Assembly: GCF_006345805.1 (NCBI RefSeq)
Contig: NC_043017.1
Span: 14,012,001-14,076,000, forward strand
Source of the DNA: Octopus sinensis
Taxonomy: Eukaryota
Length of the DNA stretch: 64,000 bases
Direction: 5' to 3'
The notes under the pieces were generated by a model that ran no database searches, was not told the origin of the DNA, and saw nothing but the letters and a program-made list of their open reading frames with translations. Below are positions 39,301-52,311 of the stretch, one piece after another; positions within the stretch are counted from its first letter, which is position 1; each line of letters begins with the position of its first letter. The position numbers and the translations under genes were made by a program.

Positions 39301-42300
39301 CCAATGAATTTCCTCATTTAATAAAGTGAGTTACAACCAGTGCATGGGTTTTTAATGGCAGAATGAATCTTTTAAAACATCATCATCATCTACTTCTACA
39401 CACAGCATCATATGACAGATCTTACAAAATAAACGATAACATTATATTGTTCTCCCAATAAAAACAGTTGATGGTTTCATCAGTAACATCAGGAAGAAAA
39501 TAAAGGTGGAAGTATTTTATCCTTTCAATTAGTAACTTCAAAGAGGTTCACTAGTCTTCATTTAATTATCACACAACATACCACTTCACCTTGTTCCACT
39601 TGTGATAGTATATTATGGGATGGGGGAAGGCGAGTAGATCTTAAAAATCAACTCCATCCATTATTTATTTACATACATGTTCATTGGTGTGGACATGAAA
39701 ATAAAATTAGTATTTGTTGTTTATCACTGAATTCCTTGATATTCTTTTTTTCCATTCTGTAATCAAAATGACTTGTCACTTTGCTTTAAGTTTGAATCTA
39801 TTCTTTCTGTGTGAACTTCCAATCCTCTTAATTGTGCAGCAAGTGAATGTGTTGACAAATTCCAGAAGATTATCAAACATGAATTAAACTGAAAAATAAA
39901 TTAGAGTAGAAAAACCTTAACAGATTACAGAAAGTTGAAAGAGGATTCCAACCTACATCAGTCCTTCATACTTTTTAATACCACCTCTACTTTTTATGAC
40001 TATGTAGAAGTGGTTTAAAGTAAAGCAATAAAGAACCCTATATGTGATAGCTTGACTTGCTAGAAATAATAGTTAAATTTCACTTAAATATCACTTTATC
40101 ATCTTAAAAATAAAAGTATTTAATACTATATAAGATAAGATATATGTTGTGAGAAAGAAAAAAAAGAGCTGACCATGGTCGCAATGCTTTTATGACCAGG
40201 GTCGAAACAACAACAACCTAACTCTGAACTACAAGATTTACCTGTTTTTTAAATTTTTATTTGAGATTTGATTAAATTTGATCACTCGTTTTACATCCAC
40301 TTTCACATGCCTACATGGATTGGATAAGTTCTCCCCAGCACAGTGATTCACCATCATGTTGTATTCCTTTTTCATCTCTTCTGTGACGTTCAATATCCTG
40401 AAGTCAGTTTTCAACACTCTTGTTTAATTCTTCTTCAACTTTCCTCTTCCACAAATTCCTCCTATTTACATCTTTTGCCACTTATTTACCCTCCTATCCT
40501 GATTAACAATATTTATTAAATGTCCAAACTATGAAGTCATCTCACAATGTTGTTGCCCTTCCTTCTCAGATTAAGGTATTTAACAAAAAAACGAAATGAT
40601 GACAATTATTTCTCAGAAACTGAGTGTTTTATGTGGAAAGGATGAAAGTTAAAATCAATTCTGGCAGAATTTGAATCACGGATAGATGGATTCAAAAATA
40701 TGCCACTCTACTAATTCTCTCAATCCATCACAGCAATTAGTAATAATGAAGAGGACAATAATTAAAACATTTACATATAAGTAAAATTTCAAACTGATAT
40801 TTTCCAGTTTTGGTTTAGTAATTATTCTGTAGAGAGAAGAAGGGCCAATCTCCTGATTCTTCTTTAAGGTCCCTGAGACTGGTGGAAGTTAAACTCGGAG
40901 CAAGGATCTGACCTGCAAAGTGATATTCTGCTAAAGCCATATAAGGACCAGATGACAGTGTTAGATGTTGTGATAGATTAAGTCTATCATCAAAGAGCAG
41001 GGATAGTCAACAGGCTTCCTTACAATTTTCTTGTACCAAATTTTATTCACAAGATTTCAGTCTAACTAAGTCTATGAGAGGAAGACACTCAAAGCCCTGC
41101 ACAAAGGGAGTGAGTTTAAAACTAGATAATTTCAAAGCAAACTTTATTTCACAGCTGTGTCTGTAACCACAATACAACTGAGATAAGAAATACAGCTTTG
41201 TAAAGTATGTAAAACAAAAAAATTAAGGGAAATAATGGTTCCAAATTATGGCAGAAAGCCAGCAGTTTTTTTCAAGGGAGAGAGTATGTCAATTATGTCA
41301 ACCCCAGTACATGACTGGTACTTATTTTATCAACACTGAAAGAATGAAAGGCAAAGTGAACCTTAGTGGAATTTGAACTCAGAATTTAAAGAGCCAGAAG
41401 AAATGCTGCTAAGCACCGTGTCCCGACTTAGCCTCTTGGAAAATGTAGAAAATAATTAAAAAAAAGCAAGGTGGTGAAGCACGACCTTCGAACATTAGGT
41501 CTCACCGAGGCAATGACTAGTGACTTTGGAAGTATGATGTGCGTGAGAAGACCCAGCAGAACAAGTGAGACCATAACCCGCGGCCTCTACCTGGGATGTA
41601 GCCAGTCCACTTATGCATACCTTTCCTTCTTGGGACATAAAACTCTACTTGTGGAGACCTGTTGAGGCAAGTGAAATCGAAATCGATCAAAAATCATGGA
41701 ATTTCCAGTTGTGATACCAGTGCCGGTGGCACGTAAAAGAACCATCTGAACGTGGCCATTGCCAGCGCTGCCTCGACTGGCCTTTGTGCTAGTGGTATGT
41801 AAAAAGCACCAACTGATCGTGGCCATTGCCAGCCTCGCCTGGAACCTGTGCCGGTGGCATGTAAAAAACACCCACTACACTCACGGAGTGGTTGACGTTA
41901 GAAACACTGCCAGATTAGACTGGGCCTGGTGCAGCCTCCTGGCTTCCCAGACCCCAGTCGAACTGTCCAACCCATGCTAGCATGGAAAGCGGACATTAAA
42001 CGATGATGATGAAGTCAATTGAGATATAAAAAAAATGCAAATTCCAGGAAAAAGTGAATAAGTGGCAAATGTTGTTTATTCATAAGCAAACTTATGGCCT
42101 TCCACAACCATGACTATCTAACTTCAGATTCTATTAGCCCATGTATCAGATTTCAAAATGGCAGTGTGATTTAAGAGAGATTTGGCTGCTATTTCTAGCA
42201 GACAAAGCTCCCTAACAGAGATTAACTGTTACCTGTTTACATAAGATTGTGACAAAATGGAAAATATATAGAACAATAATCATTTAAAATTTTAAACAAA

Positions 42301-42384
42301 TTTACCTTTGTTGTGGGTAATGTGAGACTTGCTTGTGAGTTACCCTAACTGCAGTAGGGAACAGATGGCAGATAATAGCGCTAT

Positions 42385-42648
42385 TTAGTAAGAATGGAGA
42401 TCAATAAGTGGCACAGACATTCCTGGTGTTAAAGAACGAAGGAGTAGATTCTTAAGTTCAAGATCCCTGACAGAATACCATTGGTAGTTCTGGTTGACAA
42501 ATTTGTTCAGTTGCTCCTCATCAGATGAATTCAAAGAAAACACACATGTTAAACAAATGCCATCATTAACAGCTGCTGGTAGACCACAATGTTCCACAGA
42601 TAAAATTCCACAGATTTTAGGTTCCATACTATGTTGACCAAAAGCATC
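42385..42648 (-). CDS. NUDT18: NUDT18-like Nudix hydrolase, exon 7 (terminal)
   Basis: Acceptor ttcttctag-like, phase 0. DAFGQHSMEPKICGILSVEHCG...DGICLTC...QWYSV...SVPLIDLHSY* resembles the NUDT18 C-terminus. Confidence 0.9.
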   Translation of the reverse strand, partial: DAFGQHSMEPKICGILSVEHCGLPAAVNDGICLTCVFSLNSSDEEQLNKFVNQNYQWYSVRDLELKNLLLRSLTPGMSVPLIDLHSY

Positions 42649-44371
42649 CTAGAAGATGAAAACATCAAAATATAGTACAATAAGTTGTAATATTAGTGAG
42701 GAACTTCAATATTAAAGAATTTTAAAATAATGCATAATATTTTATATGTGTAGGACAAGGTCATTATCATCATCATTGTTTAACGTCCACCTTCCATGCT
42801 GGTATGGGTGGGACGGAATGACAGGAACCGGCCAGGCAGAAGCTTGCATCAGACTTCTGTGACTGTTATGGCAGGATTTTTACAACTGGATGCCCTTCCT
42901 AACACCAACCACCCAGCAGGGTGGACTTAGTGCTTTTTACATGGCACAAACACAGGCGAGGTCAGTTTTGGCAAGCTTATTACAGCTGGATGCCATTCCA
43001 AACACCAAACACTTTTCAATGTGGAAATGGATGCTTTTTTAAGTGGCACCTGTACTGACAGGGCCACCAAGTAACTTGCAAAACTAAAATCTTTTGAGAG
43101 GGGAGTGGGGCGCTGGAGGAGGTGATCTTGTGTTAGATGATGAAAGGGTATAGTGAGACAGAAACAGGTGTCTGGCTGTAGAGGAGGTATAAGGTTACCC
43201 AGCTGGTGGGGAGAGAGAGATCAGGAATGAATACAGAAACAGGTGTGCCGCTGAAAAAGAGATACATGGTTACCAACCTGAGCGAAGTGCAGGAGAAGGA
43301 GAGAGAGAGAGTGAAAAATTATTCAGATAGACTTAAAAGGAGGCATAAGAGTTATATGGAGAAGTGGCTTAATGTGGACAATGAATGAGACAGTAAAACA
43401 GAGAGTAATCTTGTTTGAAGGGCAACAGAAAAAGATATCTGAGAAAGAAGAGGAGAAAGTGAAGAGTGCTAAAGGAAAAGGGCCATCTGTTGTGGGAGAT
43501 TTATAAAAGGTAGCAGCAAGTTGGAATGAGAAGAAAATAATATCTGTGGGTTTGTGATAAAAATAAGACAGTATTTCAATAGATTGGGAGTTGAGTGTTC
43601 CCATTCTACTGTACAAGGAGAAAAGTGATCCCCTTAAACTATGGCTCATATAGAACAATTAAGTTATTGGAAAGAGTATGAAGGATATCATGAGACCTGT
43701 AATATTAAACCCTACTTTACCAGAAACGATTACCTTAAGACATGTTGTTACTCCAATATAAAAAAAGGAGGATCCAAAGAAACTGTTTCAAATGTAGAGT
43801 TATAGTCAATATCATTGTATAAAATTTAGCTTGTTAATATTTAATTTTTAATTAAAGCCTGCAATTAATAGAGAAAAAAGTAAAATGTTTTGACTAAAAT
43901 ATGAATATTTAATTAAACAAAAGAGTGTAAAGAGGAAATTTCAGTACATTTCAAAATATTGGTAATCTGATAATTTAAGGCAGCAAATCAACTGAGTTGG
44001 TAGAGCATCAGATATTTGTGGTATCCTGCACTCTAAGTTCAAACTGTGCTGAAATCATCTTTGCATTTGGGGTCTAATAGAAGTTGATAAATAAAGTATT
44101 AGTCCAGTACCAGAATTGATTCTTTTCTCTCTCGCTCTGGAGGGAAATGATTTTGGTTAGGCCTGGAAAAAGATGGCACCCTGACAACTACATCAGAAGT
44201 TAAGGAAGGAATTCATTGATTTGTGTGTATGATGAAGAAATATTGAGGTAGAACATAAATATATTCATAATGGAAACAAACGAGTGTTAAACTAGTGATT
44301 AAGACCCAATAGCAAGAAAAAGAGATTTTCAGATGACAAGGCAGAGATAAAGCAATGATACAGGCACTTAC

Positions 44372-44477
44372 TCTTAGAAGAAAAAATACAGACATCAAGA
44401 GAGACCAGTCATCAGGAGCAATATCAGTGACAGGGAGATATGGAAGTGTATTTAACTTCACCAATAACTTCACATCA
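44372..44477 (-). CDS. NUDT18: NUDT18-like exon 6
   Basis: ctttccag acceptor and gtaagt donor; phases 2/0 fit the neighbours. DVKLLVKLNTLPYLPVTDIAPDDWSLLMSVFFLLR. Confidence 0.88.
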
Positions 44478-44756
44478 CTGGAAAGATAAAGTCAACAATG
44501 CCATAAATCTGAATAATGCACGATTGTTAAATATTAAAAACATTACTTGCATTTAGTAACTCAATGTCAAACTACAGCATCATAGATTACAAAAGACAAG
44601 AAATTTAATTAGTTAAAATTGCTCAAACTAGTAAAGAGAACAAAGGATCCTTAGGTTAATGTGCAATGCTGATAAATGTAAGCAAGACAACCTCAGAAAT
44701 TTAACTAATTAAAAATGAAATGGGGGTGAACGAGGTATTGGCAGCAAAGTGAAACA

Positions 44757-44798
44757 ACTCTAGACATGTTTCAGTTTTATTAGACCTCTTCAGCTATA
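44757..44798 (-). ncRNA. Degenerate minimal type I hammerhead ribozyme (Penelope-type)
   Basis: Minus strand reads CUGAAGA-GGU(cuaauaaa)ACU-GAAA-CAUG-UC; stem I pairing is poor. Confidence 0.5.
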
Positions 44799-44846
44799 AT
44801 TTTTACCAGTACTACATACAATGATGACTTGATGTATATATATATA

Positions 44847-44880
<34 letters not shown>

Positions 44881-46097
44881 TGGGTCATCCCATAAATAAT
44901 GCAGCTTTTATTTTTCAAAATTAAGATAAACAAAGTTCTTTTTTAATCTAAAATATACTCTCCTTTATTTTCTACAATGATTTTCCATCTATCTGGTAGA
45001 CTTGCAAGATCCCTCTTCCAAAATTCACTTGTCTGAGATGAAAAATACTCCAGTACTGTTCTGACCACGTCTATAGAATTCATATATTTAGAAGATTGCG
45101 GCATAAATAATAATCAGATAGGAAAATGTCCAGCGAATGTGGTGGGTGGGGCATCATTTCCTATTCAAACTGCTCCGGCTTTTGGAATGTCATCCTGTGT
45201 ATGTGGTTGAGCATCACCCTGATAGAAGAACATCTTTCATCTTGAAAACAAAGATGGTCATTTTTCTTCTAGTGCTGACTTAAGCTGCTTGCAGTAGATC
45301 TTTATTATCATTTGGTTTGGGTTTAAATGTTCAAAGTGGACTAAACCTTTCATATCCCACCAAACAGATAACAACACCTTACGTGAGTGAAGGCCTTTAG
45401 TCTGGGATGCTGATGTTTCTCCTTTCCCTACCCACTGGCTTCGGCACTTGACATTTTCATAGAGAACCCATTTCTCATCACCAGTCACTACTTGGTCCAA
45501 AAAAGGTTCACTTGTGAGATGTGGCAGCAAAGAAGAGCACATATTCACTCTCTGTGCACGACTAGACTTGGAAAGATTGTGAAGAACCCACTGACCCAAT
45601 TTTCTGACCTTTCTGATGGCATGTGGGTGTCGATGAATAGTTGAATGGCCAAATCCAAGCTTCTCTGCTAGTTCCTGAACAATAATGATGGGATTTTGTT
45701 CCACCAAGGTTTGCAGGACATCTTTGTTGAACTCTACAGATCTAGGACAAGGCTCGTCTTCTAGGCTGTAGTTTCCAGCTCAGAATTTCTAGAACCACTG
45801 TTGACACTGGCTTATGCTTATCGTCCGATTCCCATGTACTGCATTAATATTCCTTGCACTTCTGTTCTTGCCTTTATTGAACTCAAAGCAAAATATGCTC
45901 CTTTGTCACTTCCATTATAGCTTTGTAAAAATAACTGTTAAAATCAAACTGTACTTTTTAAAACTTGCATTAAGAATAAGCCAAGGTAAAATTACTACCT
46001 GCGTTTATAACGAGTTGACGTAGGTAGTTTATCCCATTCTCCTCTACTTTTTAGTTCATGCAATTGAAAAAAACTGCATTATTTATGGGATGACCCA
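44881..46097 (-). mobile_element. Mariner element with 24-bp TIRs, transposase pseudogenised
   Basis: TIR tgggtcatcccataaataatgcag at 44881-44904, inverted at 46074-46097. WVLHNL, VTGDEKWVLY and KVLLSVWWD motifs. Confidence 0.93.
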
Positions 46098-46596
46098 TTT
46101 TTTTCTATTTCTTAATTTTTAAAATTTTCTTTTCCCCTTGTTTTGACACCATCACAAACACAAAATATCTAGCTACTAAGAAACTCTCTCACTTTTTAAT
46201 CATTTCTCTTCATTTATTTAACTTGTATTATGAACATGCTAAACAATCCTTTTCTCTAAATTTTTAATCATTCATCATTGTTTACATTCGTCTTGTATTA
46301 TAAACATGCTCATCTTTTGATTTTCTTTTCTTCCATTTCACTATTGTCCTTTGCTGCTATTTCTATTCCTGGCTATAAGACTATACAACACATGGCTTCT
46401 GTCTCCAACCATCTTTCCTCTTGTTTTGACACCATCATATTGCAACACAAAATGACCAGCTGCTGCTAAGCTAAGAAATTCTCACACTTTCTAACCTTTC
46501 ATCATTTCTCTTCATTTATTCAACTTGTATTACTAACAAGCTAAACAATCCTTAAATTAACTTCATGAAGTTAGCCATTACTTCCATTTCTTTTCT

Positions 46597-48045
46597 GCGA
46601 TGCACCCACTCTTTCTCACGCCCACTACCAATACCGGAAATCCACTCTCTCGCATGCCGGTAATCTCATCTCTTTACCGTGAAATCTCTTCCTTCTTCCC
46701 TCATACTAAAACCTTCCACAATGCTCTACCTTACTTCTGCACCAGCAGATCTACATACTTCTGTCCCTCCCTCCCTTCCAAACCATCTTCCTCTCATCCC
46801 TACTTCTCCATCTATTCCCCACTCTCTCTCTCTCTCCAGGTAATGAAGGACACGGAGAGGGTCATAGCCCAACTAATTAGGGAGAGAGTCAGTTTAGATG
46901 AGATGCAGTTTGGGTTCGTGCCAGGGAAAAGCACCACTGATGCTATATTTCTGGTAAGACAGCTGCAAGAGAAATACCAAGACAAAGATAAACCTCTGTA
47001 CCTGGCTTTCGTTGACATGGAGAAAGCCTTTGTGGCAACAAAGGGCCTCTCTCTGAGTGAAAGGCAGATTGTTTGATACCTGTGTGCGAACAGCTATGCT
47101 GCATAACAGTGAAACATGGGCTATAACAGCTAAGGACATGTGTAGGCCTGAGAGAAATGAAGCCAGTATACTTCGCTGGATGTACAATGTCAGTATGCAT
47201 GTTCGACAGAGTGTAAGCATCTTGAGGGAAATGTTAGGCATAAGCGGAATCAGATGTGGTGTGGAAGAGAGATGACTGCACTGGTATGGTCATGCGATGT
47301 GTATGGACAAGGACAGTTGTGTAAAGAAGTGCCGATCTCTAACTGTAGAGGGAACCTGTGGTAGAGGTAGAGTCAAGAAGACATGGAATGAGGTGGTGAA
47401 GCATAACCTTTGAACTTTGAGCCTCACAGAGGCAATGACTAGTGATTGAGACCTTTGGTGATGTACTCTGCTTAAGAGGACCAGTCAAGCCAAGTGCAGC
47501 TGTGCTGGTGACATGTAAAAAAATCGGCCTTCGAATGTTGGGCCTCACTGAGGCAAAGTGGCTGAGTACCTTTTGAGCGTTGGGCCTGGTGGAGGCAAAG
47601 TGGCTGAGTTCCTTTCAAGCATTGGGCTTTATGGAGGCAAAGGGGCTGAGTTCCTTTTGAGAGTTGGGCCTCACAGAGCCGAGGTGGACGAGTTTCTACC
47701 AAAAGTGTTGGGCCTGATGGAGGCAAAGAGGCTGAGCTCCTTTCAAGTGTTGGGCCTCACAGAGGCAATGACCAAGACCTTTGGCATTATGTCGTGCTTG
47801 GGAAGAAGACCCCTCAAGCCAAGTAAAATCAGTCATGGCAGATACTGGTGTCATCCAAATGGTACCTGTGCTGGTGGCATGTAAAAGAACTCGTTACACT
47901 CTTGGAGGGGTTGGCGTTAGGAAGGGCATCCAGCCATAAAAAGCCATGCCAAATCAGACTGGATTCTGGCACAGCTTTCCAGCATGCCAGTCCAGTCAAA
48001 CCATCCAATTCATGCCAGCATGGGCAACAGACATTAGATGATGAT
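46597..48045 (+). mobile_element. Internally deleted RTE copy
   Basis: RT block QFGFVPG...EKAF is fused directly to the C-terminal KGLSL block, followed by the 3'UTR and gat tail. Confidence 0.85.
47530..47770 (+). repeat. ~42-bp minisatellite derived from the RTE 3' end
   Basis: About 6 units of gttgggcctcacagaggcaaagtggctgagttccttt; the core matches RTE gttgggcctcacagaggcaatg (54457). Confidence 0.85.
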
Positions 48046-48939
48046 ATATACACATATATATGTGTGAGTGCATGTGTACATGTGTGTGGACAAACAGACA
48101 GATAGATAAATAGCTTTATGAATAAGTACTGAGTGATATGATGACTGAGGTGGCAGTGGGGAGTGTGGAAATTCCCAGGGGCATAATCTGTATGAAAACC
48201 TAACAAGCTCAGTGTTAACATAGTGAGGTGGTCAAGTAAATTGGAGCCAGTAGGGTTCCATGCTGTTTCTATACACCAGGCTTTCGAAGTGTGCTCTTGA
48301 TCAACGTACACAACTCTGTTTTATGATTATTCTTATTTTTATCATTGAGGGTGCTGAGCTGGCAGAATTGTTAGCACACTGAACAAAATGCTTGGTGGCA
48401 TTTCATCTCTCTTTAGGTTCTGCATTGAAATTCTTCCCGAGTTGGCTTTGCCTTTCATCCTTTTGGGGTCAATAAAATAAGTACCAGTTGAGCATTGGGG
48501 TTGCTGCAATTGACTTGCCCCTTTCCCAATATTGCTGGTCTTCTCTCAAAATTTAAAACCATTATGACGACGAAGAAGACGATGACAACCACCACCACCA
48601 CCACCACTATAATTATTATCATTATTTATTACTATTAATATTATCATCATTATTATTAAGGCAACGAGTGGGGAGAACTGCTAGAATGCTGGTCAAAATG
48701 CTTAATGGCATTTTGTCTATCTCCTCGTTCTGAGATCAAATTCTACAAAGATCTCAGAACATTCCCTTTCATCCTTTCAGGGTTGATAAAGTAAGTGCCA
48801 GTTGAGCAATGGGAATGATGTAGTTGACAACACCCCACCCCCAGGATTTTCAGGCCTTGTTCTTACAGTGGAAAGAATAATGCTTAAGATGAAATGATTA
48901 CATTTTGCTATAGATAAAAAAAGAAATCTCAAAACACAC

Positions 48940-49083
48940 CTGTCTGTCTTCACTGCAATTACCATTCTTAGAAGTAAACGTTTGTGGGGTATCTGAACAG
49001 GAAGGCAATCACCATGACAACTTTCAGGGCTACGTTTCTTGTACTGCAACCCCAATTCTAGTAGAGGAAGGATGTCCTTTGAC
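48940..49083 (-). CDS. NUDT18: NUDT18-like exon 5
   Basis: ctctcag acceptor and AG|gtgtgt donor, phase 2/2. SKDILPLLELGLQY...LPVQIPHKRLLLRMVIAVKTD. Confidence 0.9.
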
Positions 49084-49660
49084 CTGAGAGAATAAAACAG
49101 TGAACAGCTAAATAAACATCATTCTATTTATTTTTCAACCAAAAACAATGTCTATTTATTAAAATTCTGACTTTTGTGGAATAATTCATCAAAGGTGAAT
49201 GGAAGCAAATGAAATAATCATATCTTCTTGATACTACTTGCTCCTCGTCTCTTAATATTTCCTCTTTCTTGCTTACAACCTTGCCCCTTCTCTCTTACCT
49301 CCCTCTCACTCATGCCTCCCCTCCTCCCTTATCTACTTTCTGTTCTCCATACACCCCTACCCCTCACCTTTCCATCTTCCGAAAACAAGTTCTACATGAC
49401 TTTATAAAGACAAGATGGTCATGGCAAGAATGCAGTTGGTCCTAGGTCTGACCAATTAGCAGAACACCTGGGGCTAAACGACAACCATACATATTAAAGG
49501 GATTGTATCTGATAGAATAACTCCATGGTCTTACAAGAAACAATCATATTTTCAATGTTTTTTTAATCATAGTAAATTTTTAAAATAGTTTAGTGTCAGT
49601 AATTTTTAGATTAACATAAAAATATTCATTATAAACATAAAAACCTAAAAAAATAATTAC

Positions 49661-49757
49661 CGCAACCTAATTTTGCCAGTTTTGATGTCGCTATATGAAA
49701 TCCATTTTGCCTGCAGAGATTCACTGTCACTCTGAGAAGAATCTTTTAAAGAACCTC
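49661..49757 (-). CDS. NUDT18: NUDT18-like exon 4
   Basis: ttttcag acceptor and gtaatt donor, phase 1/2. GGSLKDSSQSDSESLQAKW...IRLR. Confidence 0.93.
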
Positions 49758-51009
49758 CTGAAAACAGATGTAAAATTTCCCTTGAATAAAGATAATACTT
49801 ATGATAATTGATGTACTTTGGGAGGGCCATGTTAGCCAATAAACATCCACATTGGATGTAGTTCACTTCAGTTTTAATGTTAAGCAATCAATTTATTATT
49901 ATTGAGCTTTACAATTTCAGTAATTTCCTAAAATGTCCTTCACCAAGTATAATATCAGTTTCAATACAGGATTTAACACAATATTTTTACAAAATAAAAT
50001 CTAAAATAACAATTATAAAAACATGCATTAAAAGATTTAGTTTCATATATTGCTTCAGGTCACCTGAATTGCCTAAGATCAACAAAGTTGCCTCAGGACA
50101 ACTAAATTGTCTGAATAAAATTTGATAAACAGAGACTGTGTTGAAGCCTGTGAAAGGGACTGTAATTTTATGCAAAAGATTTGATGTTTGACAAGGCTCT
50201 TATACCACCATCCACCCCTTGGATGTCTTAAGTAGAATCTACTCTGTTACAAGTACTCAGGCCAAGATCAAGGGATCCAAAGATAAATTCATCCCTTTCT
50301 CTCACCAGTCCTGGAATCCCTGAAAAAAGCCATGAGTGTTGTCCTTTCTCCTCTCAATAAGTTATGTAAAAGTAAATGAATGAATAAATAAATAAATAAA
50401 TAAAGGCTGAATCTGAAAGATTTCCACAAATTATTGGTTGTCAAGCATTTTGAGTGATGTTGAGAGAATAGACTGCATTAGTTTCAATGTAATAAAAATA
50501 GATTAGACCAACCCAGTATATCAGTGATGTTTTAGAGAAGAAAGTAGAAGCCATACAAAGTTGACTATTGATGTAAGTAACGGGTGACAATAATTGCAAT
50601 GGATCATTAAGAAGGTTGTTTCACAGTCTTACTGGTCTGGGTTTGATCTCAGTGTGCAGCACCTGGGAATGGCTTGAACGACAACCTCAAGCCAACCATA
50701 TTACAGAGAGGAGCTTGGTAGATGAAGCGTTGTAGAAACCAGTTGAATGTCTATGTAGTGGTGGGGTGGCTGCCCCCTCGTTATCGAGTATGACCATTGC
50801 ACGAAGCTTAATCAATGTTGTTATGCAATGCCTGTGCAAAAAGATTTTCTTTTAATTGAGGAAAGGCTGTGCACTGAGTCAATCCCACTCACTAAGCAAC
50901 AGCAGCCATAATCTGAAAAGAAGAACAAATCAACATCATCGGTAATCACTGAGTTGCAGGTTTTATGTCGGAGTTATCCCAGTTACCTGAGTTACCATCT
51001 CCTAGAAGG

Positions 51010-51765
51010 CGTAACCTTCACCCAACGCCAAAATAAAGAACATTATTTCATCAAAAAATTTAGACCAAGTTTGAACACAATAGGCCAGGAATATAAAAAC
51101 AAAACATTGGTCTTCCGAAAAGAAAAATGAAATTCTACCACAACCACCATGATCACTACGACTGCTTCCACTATTACTACTACTACAACCACCGTGGTCA
51201 CTACTATTGCTGCTACGATCAACAGTCCTCTACTACTGCTGCTGCTACGGCCACAGCTTAACTGCTACAACCCCAACCACCACCACAGTTGCCAAAACTA
51301 CGACCAACAGTAACTGCTACTACTGCCATTTAAGCCACTGGTCATACTGCTGCTGCTAGGACTGCCACAACTTAGCCACTACAACCAATAAGCTGCTGCA
51401 ACCCCAACCACCACCACGGTTACTACTACTACGACCAACAATCACTACTGCTGCTACCATTCCATTGGAACACAAGGAAACTAAAAAACAAGCACGCGGT
51501 TCCTGTTGATACCACCAAGAAACAATAATGAACTTCTTTAACTATACTCAACTTGAAATTTATAGCTATTATACCTACTACCGACAAGACACCACCACAT
51601 GGATTCTATCGAGACCAGTAAGAAACAATTATGAACTTTTCTATTTCACTTTTTTTTAATAATATTTTTGATAAGGTTCGTTTTTTCAAGAACCGAAACA
51701 TGTAAAATTCATAAGAAAATTAAAATTTATCTAATATAGTGACGTTTTCAAACTTATTTTTTACA
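51010..51765 (+). mobile_element. Penelope-like 3' end (endonuclease tail, ACY-rich low-complexity tract, pLTR-like end)
   Basis: FTQRQNKEHYFIKKFRPSLN matches the GIY-YIG C-terminal E..I...P.LN motif. It is followed by a hammerhead motif and (TA)n. Confidence 0.72.
51664..51708 (+). ncRNA. Minimal type I hammerhead ribozyme, U3-A8 core variant
   Basis: AUUU-[UUGAUAA]-GGUUC(guuuuuucaa)GAACC-[GAAA]-CAUG-[UA]-AAAU. Stems I and II pair and stem III is palindromic. Confidence 0.7.
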
Positions 51766-51817
51766 AATATATATATATATATATAATCAAAATAAGCAAC
51801 AAGGATATCCAGAGGTA

Positions 51818-51906
51818 ATGCAGTACGATCATTTCATGCAGCTCCATTTAATTGAACAATGCAAACATTACATCAATTTAAAATGCAGAGCAATCTTCAG
51901 CTGCAC
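51818..51906 (-). ncRNA. Type I hammerhead ribozyme with extended stem II
   Basis: GUGCAG-[CUGAAGA]-long hairpin-[GAAA]-UGAUCG-[UA]-CUGCAU, with a 6-bp stem I and a near-palindromic stem III. Confidence 0.75.
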
Positions 51907-52061
51907 AAAGACATTGAGTTTAATTAAATTAAATTCTCGTCTGTTTCCAAGCAAGTCCTTCAAACATGAATTTAACAAATGGCTTGACATGTTTTTACAG
52001 CTGGACACATTAGTATAATTTTACCAAAGGAGATAGACAGAGAACATGTTGTACAACATGA

Positions 52062-52104
<43 letters not shown>

Positions 52105-52190
52105 TATAAGTATATCAGGAGTAGTTCATCATACAATTCAACAGTTTTTATTTTTTAAAATTTTAGGTACAATAAAAAGATTGATCTCAC

Positions 52191-52311
52191 CAACAGTTTT
52201 CCCTGTAAATGTAAACCGGTACCAACGACCAGAACCAAATTCAACACAGATAAGGGTAAGAGGATTAAACAACAAGCCTGTCTCTTCCAAAACCTCTCTT
52301 TTCACAGCATC
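52191..52311 (-). CDS. NUDT18: NUDT18-like exon 3 (second half of the Nudix box)
   Basis: tttttcag acceptor and gtgaga donor, phase 0/1. DAVKREVLEETGL...GRWYRFTFTG. Confidence 0.95.

Noticed and set aside
39825-39900. Possible further exon of the plus-strand peptide gene (SECVDKFQKIIKHELN*)
   Set aside because: The acceptor is weak, and the phase-2 join from the 32611 donor gives an immediate stop.
47530-47770. Regularly spaced repeats resembling a CRISPR array
   Set aside because: Eukaryotic context, no unique spacers and no cas genes; the unit derives from the RTE.
51135-51465. Thr/Ala-rich mucin-like coding potential
   Set aside because: Interrupted by stops, lacks splice context and lies within a Penelope-like 3' region.
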